64,000 nucleotides of DNA from Octopus sinensis (GCF_006345805.1 NC_042998.1:119474001-119538000), one strand, 5' to 3'. Counted from the stretch's first letter, positions 10,651-23,158 are shown. Translations and numbers: made by a program. Notes: generated by a model from the sequence alone, not told the origin.

Positions 10651-11929
10651 AAAGAATAAAGTGTCTACAACTTTTGTGGAGAGCCCGAAGGCCAACTGAA
10701 ATATTCAGTAGTAAACAAAATCTTCAACAAAGCAAAACGTTACCTCAAAATCATCTGGCTTGTTATTTGTATATTCTTTTTAAGTAACTATTCTTGATAT
10801 GCCAGGGAATGTCGACGTGTTTCTTCTACTACCATTGACTATTTAGCCGCCAGGTCTCCGATAAGAAAAGTTCTCTTTTTTGAGGTCGAAAGTTTTAGAG
10901 GTGAAATGATAAAACCTTTTTACCAAAACCACGTTGTTCTCGATTTTCTAATACCACACACAGAGACACAGACACGCACGTGTGCACACACACACACGTG
11001 CATACATACATACGTACGCACGTGTGTGTATGTGGAAGGCCCAGTCGATCCAAATGGGAAAGTAAATTCCACATCAGTGCCTGTTCCCCAGAAGAAAAGA
11101 AAAAGCACAAGAAAAAGATGTCTTCAAACAGCAACAGTGGCGATATTACCAACAGCAAATGTGAAGCCCGTGGTTGGTTATTGCTACTGCTCAACGTCTT
11201 CAGCACATAGTATGGCCAGAAAAGAGGTAAACGAAATCGAACTGATGACGACCAAGAAGCAGAAGAGTCTCCTCATCCAGCACAAGAAATAACCAGAAGT
11301 TACGAGTACCAGTACCACGGCCATCATCCTGCAATGGTAGTGATAATACAAAGACTGGAGAAGGGCGAGAAATTATCAGGGACAGTTAGTAAAGGTGAAT
11401 AAAAGGAGTTGAGGGAAGATAAAAAGCAAACTAGAAACCGGAAGGTCCTCACAAAGGGACGTTCAACCACACTCATAAACTGCTTGAACTTTACGTTGAT
11501 TAGAAGAGTGAACCGTTGATTACTTGATGTGATGCTGACCATCAAAGGGGCTAATTAGATACTACAGTGAAGGACAAGAGCCAAGCGATGCTAGACAGCC
11601 TGTGATTGGTTGAGACGTAACAGTTGTCTATTGACATATGGCGACGGCCCTTCACTGTTCGAATAACGCTGAGAATGACCCCCATGCACTATCAGAGAAC
11701 CAAGTTTGCAAAAGTTGATCAGTATAGAAGGTGGTGAAAGTCGTAGGGGTACCCTAACACTACATTTTCACTTCAGTATGAGGGTTGCACTTATTCGTAT
11801 TTATTTCGTGTACCAAATTTTTAATTTGTCTCAATATATTATGGTTTTACCGTATCTTCCTCGGTTATTATATATACGTACATGTCCATCCCTACACGTT
11901 TTGTATCCTTTTTGTATGACTATTGTTCT

Positions 11930-12193
11930 TGGCAGATACGTTAGCGCGCCGGGCGAAATGTTTAGCGGTATTTCTTCTGTCGTTACGTTCTGAGTTCAAA
12001 TTCCGCCGAGGTCAACTTTGCCTTTCATCCTTTAGGGGTCGATAAATAAAGTACCAGTTTCGCACTGGGGGCGATACAATCGACTCAATCCCTTCGTCTG
12101 TCCTTGTTTGTCCCCTCTATGTTTAGCCCCTTCTGGGCAGTAAAAAAATATATTGTTCTCTTGTATGTGTGGGCTCTTGTGGCCACTAAAGAA
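11930..12193 (+). mobile_element. tRNA-headed SINE, family A
   Basis: tggcagatacgttagc...ctgagttcaaattccgccgaggtc; ends in (ATT)n. Confidence 0.85.
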
Positions 12194-12231
<38 letters not shown>

Positions 12232-12399
12232 TACTACTGCTAGCATGCTCGTGTATGATAGTAAATCGTACATCAACACAATGGGGAAATCTTTTAATAA
12301 TTGTCAGCAATCTAGTACATATATGTACATACATAGAATTGAAGCACTTGAAGAATAAGATGTAACGTCGAGGTTGAAAATATCACCCACATAATGTTT

Positions 12400-12667
12400 G
12401 CTTGCGTATACTCACACACACAAGCACACACACACACGCACGCACTCACGCACGCACGTATGTACATATATATGCATACATATTAGAAGAAATGAAGTAC
12501 TTAGGAAATCTGGATGGTTTTATATTTACAGATATTTAATATTAACATTAATAAATATCTGTAAATATATAACCATCCAGAGATTTCTGAGTACCTTATT
12601 TCTTCTAATATATGATACCTGTACATCATCTCCAAACCTTCTAATATACATACATATATACATATAT

Positions 12668-12704
<37 letters not shown>

Positions 12705-12741
12705 CACACACAAACACACACACACACAAACACACACACAC

Positions 12742-12778
<37 letters not shown>

Positions 12779-13199
12779 GCGCGTGAGTGTATGCATATAC
12801 ATTTATATATATATATATATATATACATACATACATACATACATACATACATACATACATACATACATACATACACATATATATATACTTATTTTATAGA
12901 CATATCTTCCCCCTCCCTCGCTCTCTCTCTCTTTCTCTCTGTCTCACTCTCTTCTCTCTCTTTCTCTCTCCGTAAGCCATGTCTTTCTATTTGAATTTTT
13001 TGAAAATCAGTGTAAACTGTGAAACCGTTTAAAGCTTCAAACATTTTAACAAAAAATATTTTACCTATTCTCAGTGCATTTTCAATTTCTATTTTTCCTA
13101 TATTTCTACCCGTGAGAAATAAAATGTCTTTGTCTTATATGCGCATATATGTGCGTGTGTCTCTGTGTGTCTGTCTCTGTATGTATATATACATACATA

Positions 13200-13263
<64 letters not shown>

Positions 13264-13346
13264 GCTCATACATACACGTACCTATATATGTACATCTATG
13301 CATGGGCATACATATGCGTGTGTGAGTGCATGAGTGTGTGTGTGTG

Positions 13347-13380
<34 letters not shown>
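12400..13380. repeat. Compound (CA)/(TA)/(CATA)/(CT)/(TG) microsatellite region
   Basis: Directly visible runs interspersed with short unique segments. Confidence 0.9.
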
Positions 13381-13649
13381 TTGATAAATATAATTTACGA
13401 TAAACATGGAAATTTCATTTCTATTCAAATACTGTTGACTTCAGAGCTCACTGCAGTTCTCCTGCAGTTTAGCCGCCTATGACTGTCACTCACTGCCACT
13501 CCGTTTGTTGTTTTACTCTTCTTTTCCTAGCGTCATCCACCTGCATTAGCATCTCTCACTGCCACTTACTCCCACTTCGTCTGTTGTTTACTCTTCTTTC
13601 CCTACAGTATACAGTGTAACCGACAGGAACACACCATTTTATTATATTA

Positions 13650-14273
13650 GAAGATTCGGTCTTATTTTTATCACATGCTTTCACTGCACTACCGAACGCA
13701 GCTCAGTGTGTCTTGGGTATGTGCCATGGCTTGTTGTGGTGCTCTTATTTTCACTGTATTGAAAGTGATTTATGTAGGATTTACGTGTTCCACGTAGTAC
13801 TATTTTCTGTATGTTATATACATTTGTAAGTCCTGGTGTTTTGGCTTTGTATTTGTCATAATGTTTTTTATCATACCTAATGCACCTATTATTATAGGGA
13901 TTGTTTCCTGTTTTTAGGTTCCACATTCGCGTTACCTCTGTTTCCAGATCTTTGTATTTTGAGAGTTCTCTGTTTCCAGATCTTTGTATTTTGAGAGTTC
14001 TCTGTTTCTTTTAGAGACATATTGTCAACTGTTGGTATTGATACATAGATTAGAAGGTATTTTTTCTTGGTGATCTCTGAGAACTATATCCGGTCTATTA
14101 GCCATGATTTTTCTATTTGTACGTATTGGCACATTCCAGATTATGGTTGCTTTGTCATTTTCTCAGACCTTTTCTGGGGTGTGCCTATACCACTTTTTTT
14201 CTTTTGTCATTACATAGTGTTGGCATAGTTTCCAGTGTATATAGGTCCCAACTCTGTCATGTTTGTGGATATC

Positions 14274-14277
<4 letters not shown>
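13650..14277 (-). mobile_element. Short 5'-truncated R4/Dong-like copy (REL endonuclease end plus 3' UTR)
   Basis: HDRVGTYIHWKLCQHY...WYRHTPEKV, KYKDLETEVTRMWNLKTGNNP; same subfamily 3' end as 4980-5300; internal ~32-bp tandem duplication at ~13937-14000; 5' end abuts (ATT)n at 14278-14351. Confidence 0.9.
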
Positions 14278-14353
<76 letters not shown>

Positions 14354-14354
14354 A

Positions 14355-17300
14355 TAACTGTTCAATATTTGGTAGATTGAAGCACATTTCTACTGCATCA
14401 CCTGCTACACCACTGTGTTGCTAGGTTGTGTGCAGCATTGTGTTCTTTTCTGCTGTTGGGAGTGTTTGCACACTCCCAGTACTGTATTGTGTTAACTTTT
14501 TTTCCTTGCGGTATGTACTGTCTTTTGTTGTGTTACTGCTTGTATTGTGTGTCGAGTGTGTAATGCTTTGGTTTTCTAGCTTGCTGGTGGGAGTTTGTTT
14601 CACTGGGTAAATGCTGTATATATTGTATCTTGTGTTTGTGGATTGTTTTGTTTAGGTTGTATTACTGGAATGATAGAGTCTTGCATAGGTTGTAGGCTGT
14701 TCCTTGCATGGCTATTTTTTGGACAGTGCGTAATGTTGAGGATCCAGATATAGCTTCTACATTTTTGTTCATATGATTTTTTATCATGTCCAATGTTCCA
14801 GTTATTATTGGTATTGTTTTTACCTTGTCTTACATTTCGAATACTTCAATTTCGAGGTCTTTGTACCTCGACAATTTCTCCTCTTCTTTTTTGACAATAT
14901 TTTGATCAGAAGGGACTACAATGTCTATCAGTAAGCAGATGTTTTTCCCCAATCCTTGACTATTATTTCTTTGTCGGTTTGAACCGGTATATCCCAGATG
15001 ATTGTGGCCTGATCGTTGTCTTGTACCTTGCTTGGCTCATGCTTATACCACCTGCTGTCAGTTTTGATGTTGGTTGCACATTCTTCATTTGGTGTTGACG
15101 CCTGTTTTCTTTATCTTGTTTTTATAATTGTTTGTAGTCAGGCACTGGTTTTGTGCAACGGGAATCAGTCCTTCCGTTTCGGTTTTTAGTCCAGAACTTT
15201 TGAGCCTTTGTTGGCTTTTACTTAGGCTCACTTCCTCTCTGTCAAGCTTTGCAGGGTAATGGTCATGAAGCGATTTTTCTCTCCATTTCTTCTTCAGTAT
15301 CTTTTGTAATTCAGCTTTCATGTTGTTTTTGTCTCTCTGGCCATTTCTGCTATGTTGTCATTTGAGGTCTGTGTATCAGTGTAGTTTGCTTGTGTTTTGT
15401 ATTTTGTCGCCTCCTTGTGTATAGAGAAAAACGTTTTCTTTTTCTCAAGTTGCTTTACTACATGCAGTAGTCTTGTTCTCTTTGTTTCTAAGTACTTTTT
15501 GCTAGTCCAGCTGTTGTTATTTTATAGTAGTTTTCTATCTGTATCAGGTCACAGACTCCTTCTGAGCAGGGTAGATATATTCTGTCTGCGTCTGCTTTGG
15601 GATGGTGACTTCGGTATGCGGTTAGTAGTTTTCTAGGTTTTCTATCTAGGTTTCTCAATTCACTGATCTTCCAGTTTATTATGTTAAAGCTGTAATTTAT
15701 GACTGGTATGACTAGCGTGTTTATCCTTATTACGCTATTCTTAGCATTAAGTTCAGTGTTTAATATTAGTCTAACTCTTCTGTAATACTCTCTCCTAATT
15801 TTTTCTTTCATTTCTGTGTGTTGTATTTTAGCTGTTTCTTCTATTCTTAGATATTTATTTGGGCAGCTGTGGTCTAATTCTCCAATTTCTGTGTCTATGT
15901 CAAGTGCAGTGTTTTCAGTGCTGAATAATTTGCCTCCTCTCAGTGTGACTCTGGCACATTTGTCCAGCCCATGCTCATTCCGATGTCATTACTGAAGCTC
16001 TGAACAATTTTGATAAGGTTTCTCTGTTCCATGGTGCTTTTAGCGTAAAGGTTTTAGGTCATTCAGATGTACAGGAGATGGTTTATTTTTCGTCCGTAGC
16101 ACCTATAACCCATAGTGGTTTCGATTAAAAGGTTTGTTAGCGGGGTCAGAGAAAGGCAGAAAAGCAGGGGTAACAGTGAGTCTCCCTGGAAAATCCCTCT
16201 TCTTATGGGTATAGGGTAGATTTTAATAACTTGTGAGTCATTTCTTAATGTTATACAGGTCTTCCAGTTTGCCATTGCATATTTTATATATTTTAGTAGA
16301 AGGTGAGGCTAGCTTATTTGTGTGGAGAGATTCCAGTATCCATGAATGTGGAACACTGTCGAATGCTTTTTGGTAATCAATCCATGATATCCCAGATGAT
16401 TGTGGCCTGATCGTTGTCAGGTTTGTTTTTCTCCTCTTACAGTCATCGGTTTACTAGAAGTTGCTCCTTACAGCCATACATCCCTCTCCAATACCCTTTT
16501 TGTTCCTCTGGCAAGACATTATTGTTTTCCAGGTGCTTTATAAACCAGTTTAGATGGCTGATGATATGGTTTTGTAAGATGTTATTGGTCTGTAATTTTG
16601 TAGGTGTACGGTGTCTTTGTTCTTGGCAATTCGGGTGGCTTGCCCTTCTAGCATCCAGTTTGGTGTTGATTCTGGCTCACTTATCAATAAATTGAACGCT
16701 GTCGCTAAGTGGTTATGGGTACTGGTGAGATGTTTCAACCAGATGTTGGGGACCTTGTCTGTCCCTGGGGTTTTCCAGTTGCTGGTACTCCTACGTGTGT
16801 CCATGATCTCTTGGCCTGTGAGGATGGACCGTATCTGTTGTTCTATAGTCTTCTTCCTTTCCTTTTCCCTACTAATCCACTGAGTATTGTTGTTGTGTTT
16901 TTTGCTTTTGTTTTTTTTTTTGCTCCATATTGCCTCCCAGTATAACTAAATCGCTGATGTTGTTGGCATAGAAGTTATTGATATAGTTTTTTGTTTAACT
17001 TCCTAAAAAAACGTTTTGTGTTTACTTTGAATTCTTTATTTTGTCGGAAGAAGCTTTTCTGTTTTTCATACTGTTTTATGCGGCAAGTTTTAGTTAAGCC
17101 CTGTTTAATTTTTTCTTTTACCTCCCAAGTATCTTCTTTATTTTTTATGCTGTATTGTTTTGTTATATGGGTCTTTTTTATATTTTTCATATTTGTCCCT
17201 GTTTTCTCTAATTCACAAAGTAGTGATAAGTCTTCCTTTTGTTTTTGAATTTTATTTATTATGATCTGTTTCCATTTTAGTTTGAGATTTGATTGGGATT

Positions 17301-17545
17301 TATTTTTCTCTGCAAGGGTCAAGTCCAGTTTCCTTGGATATCATTACATCTGTTGAATAGATCAAGTCAATTAGTTTGTTGATATCTAGTGTGTCTTTTG
17401 ATATGGTCATTATTATTTGTAAGGCTCTGTTGTATCTATTTATCCTTTCATAGAGATGCTTATTTTTCTGTAGCCTGGGGAGACGTTTACGCTGGTCCAT
17501 ATTTATCGACTGTGTGATGTTTAGTTCTCCTTCGACTTTTGTTAT
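14355..17545 (-). mobile_element. Near-full-length degenerate R4/Dong-like non-LTR retrotransposon (single ORF: RT, ZF, REL), different subfamily
   Basis: WKTPGTDKVPNIWLK, NYRPIT, WIDYQKAFDSVPHSW, RGIFQGDSLLPLLFCLSLTPL, INHLLY, GLDKCARV, RRVRLILNTELNAK, HHPKADADRIYL, LKTETEGLI..QNQCL, IDIVVPSD..KLSRYKDLEIEV. Many stops and frameshifts; zinc finger partly deleted; 3' UTR ends in (AAT)n. Confidence 0.93.
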
Positions 17546-17734
17546 TTCTTCAATTGAATGGATTGCAAGTGAGTTGGAGACGAGGAAAAGATGTTAAAAG
17601 ACAGGATAGTTGGAGATGTATGAGATTACGTTTAATAGATGTGTCATACTACAATCCCTAGATTCTAGTGAATCCTCTCTATTCAATGTTTTATGCGTAT
17701 GTGTATATCTTGGGTGATTTTTAAAGTGTATAAA

Positions 17735-18045
17735 AGGCACGTGGCTTAGTTGTTAGGGTATTCCGCTCACAATCGTAAGGTTGTGAGTTTGATTTCTGGC
17801 GGTGGGTTGTGTCCTTGAGTAAGACACTTTACATTTTACGCTGTTCTAGTCCAATGAGTTGTTCTTGTAATTCAAAGGACCAGCTTTGTCACATTCTGTA
17901 TCACGCTGAATCTCATTGGGAACTATGTTAAGGGCACGCGTGTCACTGGAGTGCTCAGCCACTTGCAAGTTAATTTCACGAACAGGTTGTTCAGCTGATC
18001 GGATAAATAAAACCTTCATCATCGTGACCGACGGAAAGCCAGGCT
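17735..18045 (+). mobile_element. tRNA-headed SINE, family B (central gtgtccttgagtaagacact motif, V/Meta-SINE-like)
   Basis: A-box-like tggcttagttgtt and B-box-like gagtttgatttc; homologous head to 32885-33126(-) and 46672-47092(+). Confidence 0.7.
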
Positions 18046-18209
18046 GTGATATTGTCCATCGACAATGTACTGATGTAATGTGATACGTGTACGAGGCAAA
18101 TTACAGCTTAACCGCTTGGGTCGAGTGTAGGTTGATAGTTGAGATAAGTCGAGTCTCTTATGCCTGCAGGTGCTGGTGAGCTCGGATTTTTGAGCAGTGT
18201 ATGTATGTG

Positions 18210-18217
18210 AGTGTATG

Positions 18218-18255
<38 letters not shown>

Positions 18256-18555
18256 AAATGTATGTATTTATATGTATATGTTGTATGTGTGTATGTATGC
18301 ATGTATTACATAATCACATAATCACTTTAAATACTCGTCAAATTTCCTTTCATTTCTTACCCATAATGACTCTCTCATACATACACACCACGCATATACT
18401 CATACTTACACACATAAACGCATGCGCTGGCGCTCTCTCATTTCACCTCCAACTCTTCACCTTCCACTACTTTGTCATTATTTTCTGTTCTTCTTCTCTC
18501 TTCTCTTCCTCTTCTCTCTTCTCTAATTATAGCATTTCTGTCACTACCACCCCTT

Positions 18556-18587
<32 letters not shown>

Positions 18588-19265
18588 CTCTCTCCCTCCC
18601 TTTCTTTCTTTCTTCTCTCTCCCTCCCTCTCTCTCTCTCTCCCTCTCTCGCACCTACTTTAATGTACTACCACCACCACCACCCAACATTTCTTGTACAC
18701 AAGCATCTTTTTCCTATTTCACCTAACACTAACACACGCACGTACACACACACACGCACGTACACACACACACACACACACACACGCAAACACACACACA
18801 CACACACTTTCCACATATGTCTCCTAAACATCATGACTCTATTCTGTGGGAAAAAAACATCCAACACAACCAGCAAAACCTCGATGGCTTCATTCAGTCT
18901 TCCTTCTGTTCTTGCCGCTGCTGTTGATGATGAGGATGATGATGATGATGAGGATGATGATCATGACTGTAGTTGTAGCTGTAGTGGCGGCAGTGGTGGA
19001 AATGGCGGTAATGGCGATGATGGTTATGATGGTGTTGATGCTATTTTTGCTGTTGTTTTAATCTAAGTTGGCTTGTCATCCAAAATAAATACACGCACAT
19101 ATACGAATGTATTCATCTCACTTCCTCTCCCTCTCTTTCTCTTTCCCTCTCTCTCTCTCTCTGCTTTTCTATATATATGTGTGTGTGCGTGTGTGAGGGG
19201 ATGTGTGTGCGCGCGCGTGTGCGTTTCTGCGTGTATACACACATACATATATATACATATATATG

Positions 19266-19296
<31 letters not shown>

Positions 19297-19616
19297 GTAT
19301 ATATATATATGTATGTATGTAAGTGTGTATGTATGCATGTATCTTTATAAATTTAATTTCTATAGACTATTTCTGATTTCCAACAATGAAAAACAAAATG
19401 GTTTAACCAAAATAAGTTCTGTAAACTTCTGATATTGTTAGAATTCTTTTGTTCGTAGATATACACGCACACACACACATTTATGTAGGTGTATATATAT
19501 ACATATATATATATATATATCATATATAATATACGTATGTATGTATGTATGTATATATGTATGTATGTATGTATATGTCTATATATATTTATATATATAT
19601 ATATATATATGTTATA

Positions 19617-19656
<40 letters not shown>

Positions 19657-19760
19657 ATGTATATATATATAGAGAGAGACACACACACACAAAATACGTA
19701 CATATATGTATATTGTTTTATAGGCATGCATGTATATATTTACTATATATGTTGAGCGTA
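18210..19760. repeat. Compound microsatellite/low-complexity region (TA, CT, CA, GAT, TATG)
   Basis: Directly visible. Confidence 0.9.
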
Positions 19761-20355
19761 TGTCAACATATTTACACACAATGCAGTTATATGTGGTTTA
19801 CATCAATATGACAAAATGACAAGATAGTAAAACGACGAAATAATATAAGACAGCAGATAACTGGGAGTATTATTGGTGGTCTAGGCTTTAAAGTTTTTGA
19901 CGGTAAAGATAGGTGAAACGATAGATAGAAATAAGAGAACAAAAGGAGAGACTGGGAGACAGAAATCGATAGAAGAGGTCAGAAATATGCATTGATAAAT
20001 AGAGAAAGTGATGGAAGTCAAGACAGAATAGCGTAACATAGTAAGGAAATAGTAAATTAAGAAATAAATGTGAGCTTTAAGTCAAGTCACTGGTTTTGGT
20101 GTTAATGTTTGATGGTGCGCTCTTTCGAGTTCAAAAATCACTTCATCAGGCCAGTTGTTTGTTTGCTCATCAATAAAGTGACAAACTGTAGGCCCAAACA
20201 CACTCGCTGTCAGAGATACTGTTGCTATTGCTGTTGTGGTTGCTTGAGTTGTTATTGTTTTTGTTGTTATCGTTGTTCTTTCAGATAATGCAATCTGTCT
20301 AGTTGGCTTCTCTACAGAAAAGTACGAACAAGCACGCAGGCGCAGAAATACTTTG

Positions 20356-20402
<47 letters not shown>

Positions 20403-20438
20403 AATACCTTCATACATCTACGTATACACACGCGCATG

Positions 20439-20476
<38 letters not shown>

Positions 20477-20484
20477 TATATATA

Positions 20485-20523
<39 letters not shown>

Positions 20524-20544
20524 ATATAATATATATATATATAT

Positions 20545-20806
20545 ATAAGGAAAATAAGACAAGGTAGAAGATGTGCTTAAATAATTTTATCATGAAGTAC
20601 ATTTTAGTACCGGTTTTCGACTTTTAGACTTTTTCGACAATTTAAAGACTATGGAAACATCCATAAAATATTTCACTTAATTTTTTTTCTCTAATTTATG
20701 TGTATTTCTTATTTTATTGTTAGCTGAAAAAGATGGGAACCGGTACTAAAATATACTTCTGGATAAAATTATATTAGCATTTTCTTCCTTGTCTTACTTT
20801 CCTTAT
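20545..20806. repeat. Fold-back with ~70-bp diverged arms next to (TA)n, containing decayed hammerhead-like ...ACCGGTA-CTAAAA motifs
   Basis: taaggaaaataagacaagg...ttagtaccggtt (20545-20615) versus aaccggtactaaaa...ttgtcttactttcctta (20738-20806). Confidence 0.8.
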
Positions 20807-21028
20807 ACATATCAACTCATATGTTACTTTTCCACCTTCTACATATATATGTGAGTGTGCGTACACATACATATAAATATATGGATGTATAGACGGTGCA
20901 TCAGCATGGCCGCAGCTCTGAGCTTGAACTACACAAAAAAATACATATGTATATACATATATATATAAATATATGTGTGTGTATATATATATATTTTTTT
21001 TTTTTTACACACACATACACACATATAC

Positions 21029-21160
21029 ACATTTAGGAAGTTAAAAGTTATGGCCGATCATAGATTGACCATTGGTTTTGCACCTATACCGCTAAGCGCT
21101 TTGTAAGTGCGAAACCAAAGGGCACTCTATGCCGGCCATAACGTTTAACTTCCTAAATGT
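21029..21160. repeat. 132-bp mini fold-back with 28-bp inverted ends inside TA/CA microsatellite
   Basis: acatttaggaagttaaaagttatggccg (21029-56) versus cggccataacgtttaacttcctaaatgt (21133-60), one mismatch. Confidence 0.85.
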
Positions 21161-21233
21161 ATATATGTGTGTATGAGTGTGTGTGTTTGTGTGTGTTTGT
21201 GTATAAATATGTATATGTATATATATGTGTATG

Positions 21234-21268
<35 letters not shown>

Positions 21269-21281
21269 TATATATATAATA

Positions 21282-21323
<42 letters not shown>

Positions 21324-21356
21324 ATATATATATATATATATATACACATATATATA

Positions 21357-21738
21357 ACGGGAAGCTTTATGAAAATAGACAAAAGACGAAGGCAGGTGGG
21401 AAACAAACAAACAATTGTATTAGTATGGCGCTCAGGAAATATAAATAAAACAAGTCTTTAACGTTTCGAGCCTACGCTCTTCAACAAAAAGATACACAGA
21501 GAGAGAAAAAAAAACACAGAAAGAAGGAGAGAAAAAAATGCGTGCAGTAACTAACGAATCAACATGGCGATCTGATTTCGGCCAGAGGTCAAAGATCAAA
21601 CATGAGACGCGAGAGCGAAATAAGGGGAGATAATAGGGTTGATAAAAGGGTTGAATGACCAGCTATTAGTGCGTATGAGAGGTCTGGACGTGTGTATGTA
21701 TAGGGTTGGTGTATGTATTAGTATGTATTAGTATGTAT

Positions 21739-21777
<39 letters not shown>

Positions 21778-22722
21778 AGAGAGTATTAGTGCGTTATGAG
21801 AGGTCTGGACGTGCGTATGTATAGGGTTGGTGTATGTATTAGTATGGCACATCATATATGATGTGATGTGTAAAGTCGTGTGGTGTAGTGTGGAGAGAGG
21901 AGAAGAGGGGAGGGGGAGAATGGGGGAGAGGGGGGAGAGGAGAAGAGGGGAGGGGAGGGGATGAGAGGAGGGGGAGAGGAGAAGAGGGGAGGGAAGGGGA
22001 TGAGAGGAGGGGGAGAGGAGAAGAGGGGAGGGGGAGAATGGGGGAGAGGGGGGAGAGGAGAAGAGGGGAGGGAAGGGGATGAGAGGAGGGGGAGAGGAGA
22101 AGAGGGGAGGGAAGGGGATGAGAGGAGGGGGAGATGGGGAGAGAGAGGAGGGGGAGATGGAAGGGGAGGAGGAAGGAGGAAAGAGGGAGAGGGGGGAGAG
22201 GAGAAGAGGGGAGGGAAGGGGATGAGAGGAGGGGGAGAGGAGAAGAGGGGAGGGAAGGGGATGAGAGGAGGGGGAGATGGGGAGAGAGAGGAGGGGGAGA
22301 GGAGAAGAGGGGAGGGGGAGAATGGGGGAGAGGGGGGAGAGAGAAGGGGAGTGAGGGAGCAGAGGGAAGTGGAAGAGGGAAGGAGGGAGGGAGAAAGAGG
22401 GAAGAAGGGAAGGGGAGTAGGGGTGAAAGGATGAAGGACTGAAGAAGTAGGGGTCGGGGGAAGGATAGGTGAGGAGGGGGGATAGGGGGTTAGCTGAGGA
22501 GGGGGGAGAGTTGAGACCAAATGGCGTATAAGAGCGAAGAGAGAAGATTAATTCCTGTTCACGGCGCAAACGGGAATCCGGATGGCCTTTGTGTAAGGAC
22601 AAACCGAACACAGATAGGTGTTGCAAGGAGTGACCGGTGGAGCGGAAATGGCGTGAGACCGGTGTGTCGTTCGCAAGGTGGATGTCACGAAGGTGTTCCG
22701 CGAACCGGTCAGCCAAGCGGCA
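21357..22722 (-). mobile_element. 5'-truncated PLE: GIY-YIG endonuclease C-terminal half, long polypyrimidine 3' UTR, hammerhead-like terminus ending in (TA)n
   Basis: 22510-22719(-): RLADRFAEHLRDI....PVSRHF..TGHS..LSVFGL...RLRREQELIFSLRSYTPFGLN. The 3' end (gaagagcgtaggctcgaaacgttaaagac...) is homologous to 45470-45590(+). Confidence 0.85.
21895..22510. repeat. Purine-rich (G/A on +) tandem array of ~30-40-bp degenerate units, e.g. gaggagaagaggggagggaaggggatgagaggagggg
   Basis: About 600 bp almost free of C on the + strand, with repeated G3-G6 runs. Confidence 0.9.
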
Positions 22723-22881
22723 TATACATACACATATATAAGAGATAATGGTGTCATTGAGACCCAAAGGTATCAGGTAACGCTGAATAAGTGCTATAGA
22801 CAGACCGTAGTTAAGTTCCAGATTCGGTAATATTGCGAATAAAGGGTTCAACGTTGGTTCTATGTCAGCATGTGTATATAA

Positions 22882-23012
22882 GAATTTTTTGCGTAATAAG
22901 ATAAAAAACTTAGGTTGTATAGATATTAGAACATTTATAGATAGAAGATCTTACAGCTGTTTCTAGGATATTAATTAATAATATCCCTTCATCGGAGACG
23001 GTGTGAGAGGAA
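22882..23012 (-). mobile_element. PLE terminal (pLTR-like) segment with hammerhead-like motif
   Basis: Homologous to 46118-46258(+); both share ...attacgcaaaaaattcttata. Confidence 0.75.
22948..22999 (-). ncRNA. Type I hammerhead-like motif, CCGAUGA core, palindromic ACAGCUGU stem III
   Basis: Minus strand: gtct-ccgatga-a-gggatatt-attaatt-aatatcct-a-gaaac-agct-gta-agat. Confidence 0.65.
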
Positions 23013-23112
23013 AAATTAAGTCATAGTTAGTTTCGATGTGATACAAAATAGAGAGTGAGGTGGAGGAAAGAAAATAGATGTAAGATATGTATGGGTATTG
23101 AATTTGTAAATA

Positions 23113-23148
<36 letters not shown>

Positions 23149-23158
<10 letters not shown>

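Noticed and set aside
11560-11720. Promoter-like motifs (gattggtt CCAAT box, atggcg)
   Set aside because: Short motifs expected by chance; no supported downstream exon.
21718-22851. 377-aa proline-rich ORF as a host gene
   Set aside because: Only 22510-22719 is protein-like (PLE GIY-YIG end). The rest is read-through of the C/T-rich tract and of unrelated upstream sequence joined at a microsatellite.
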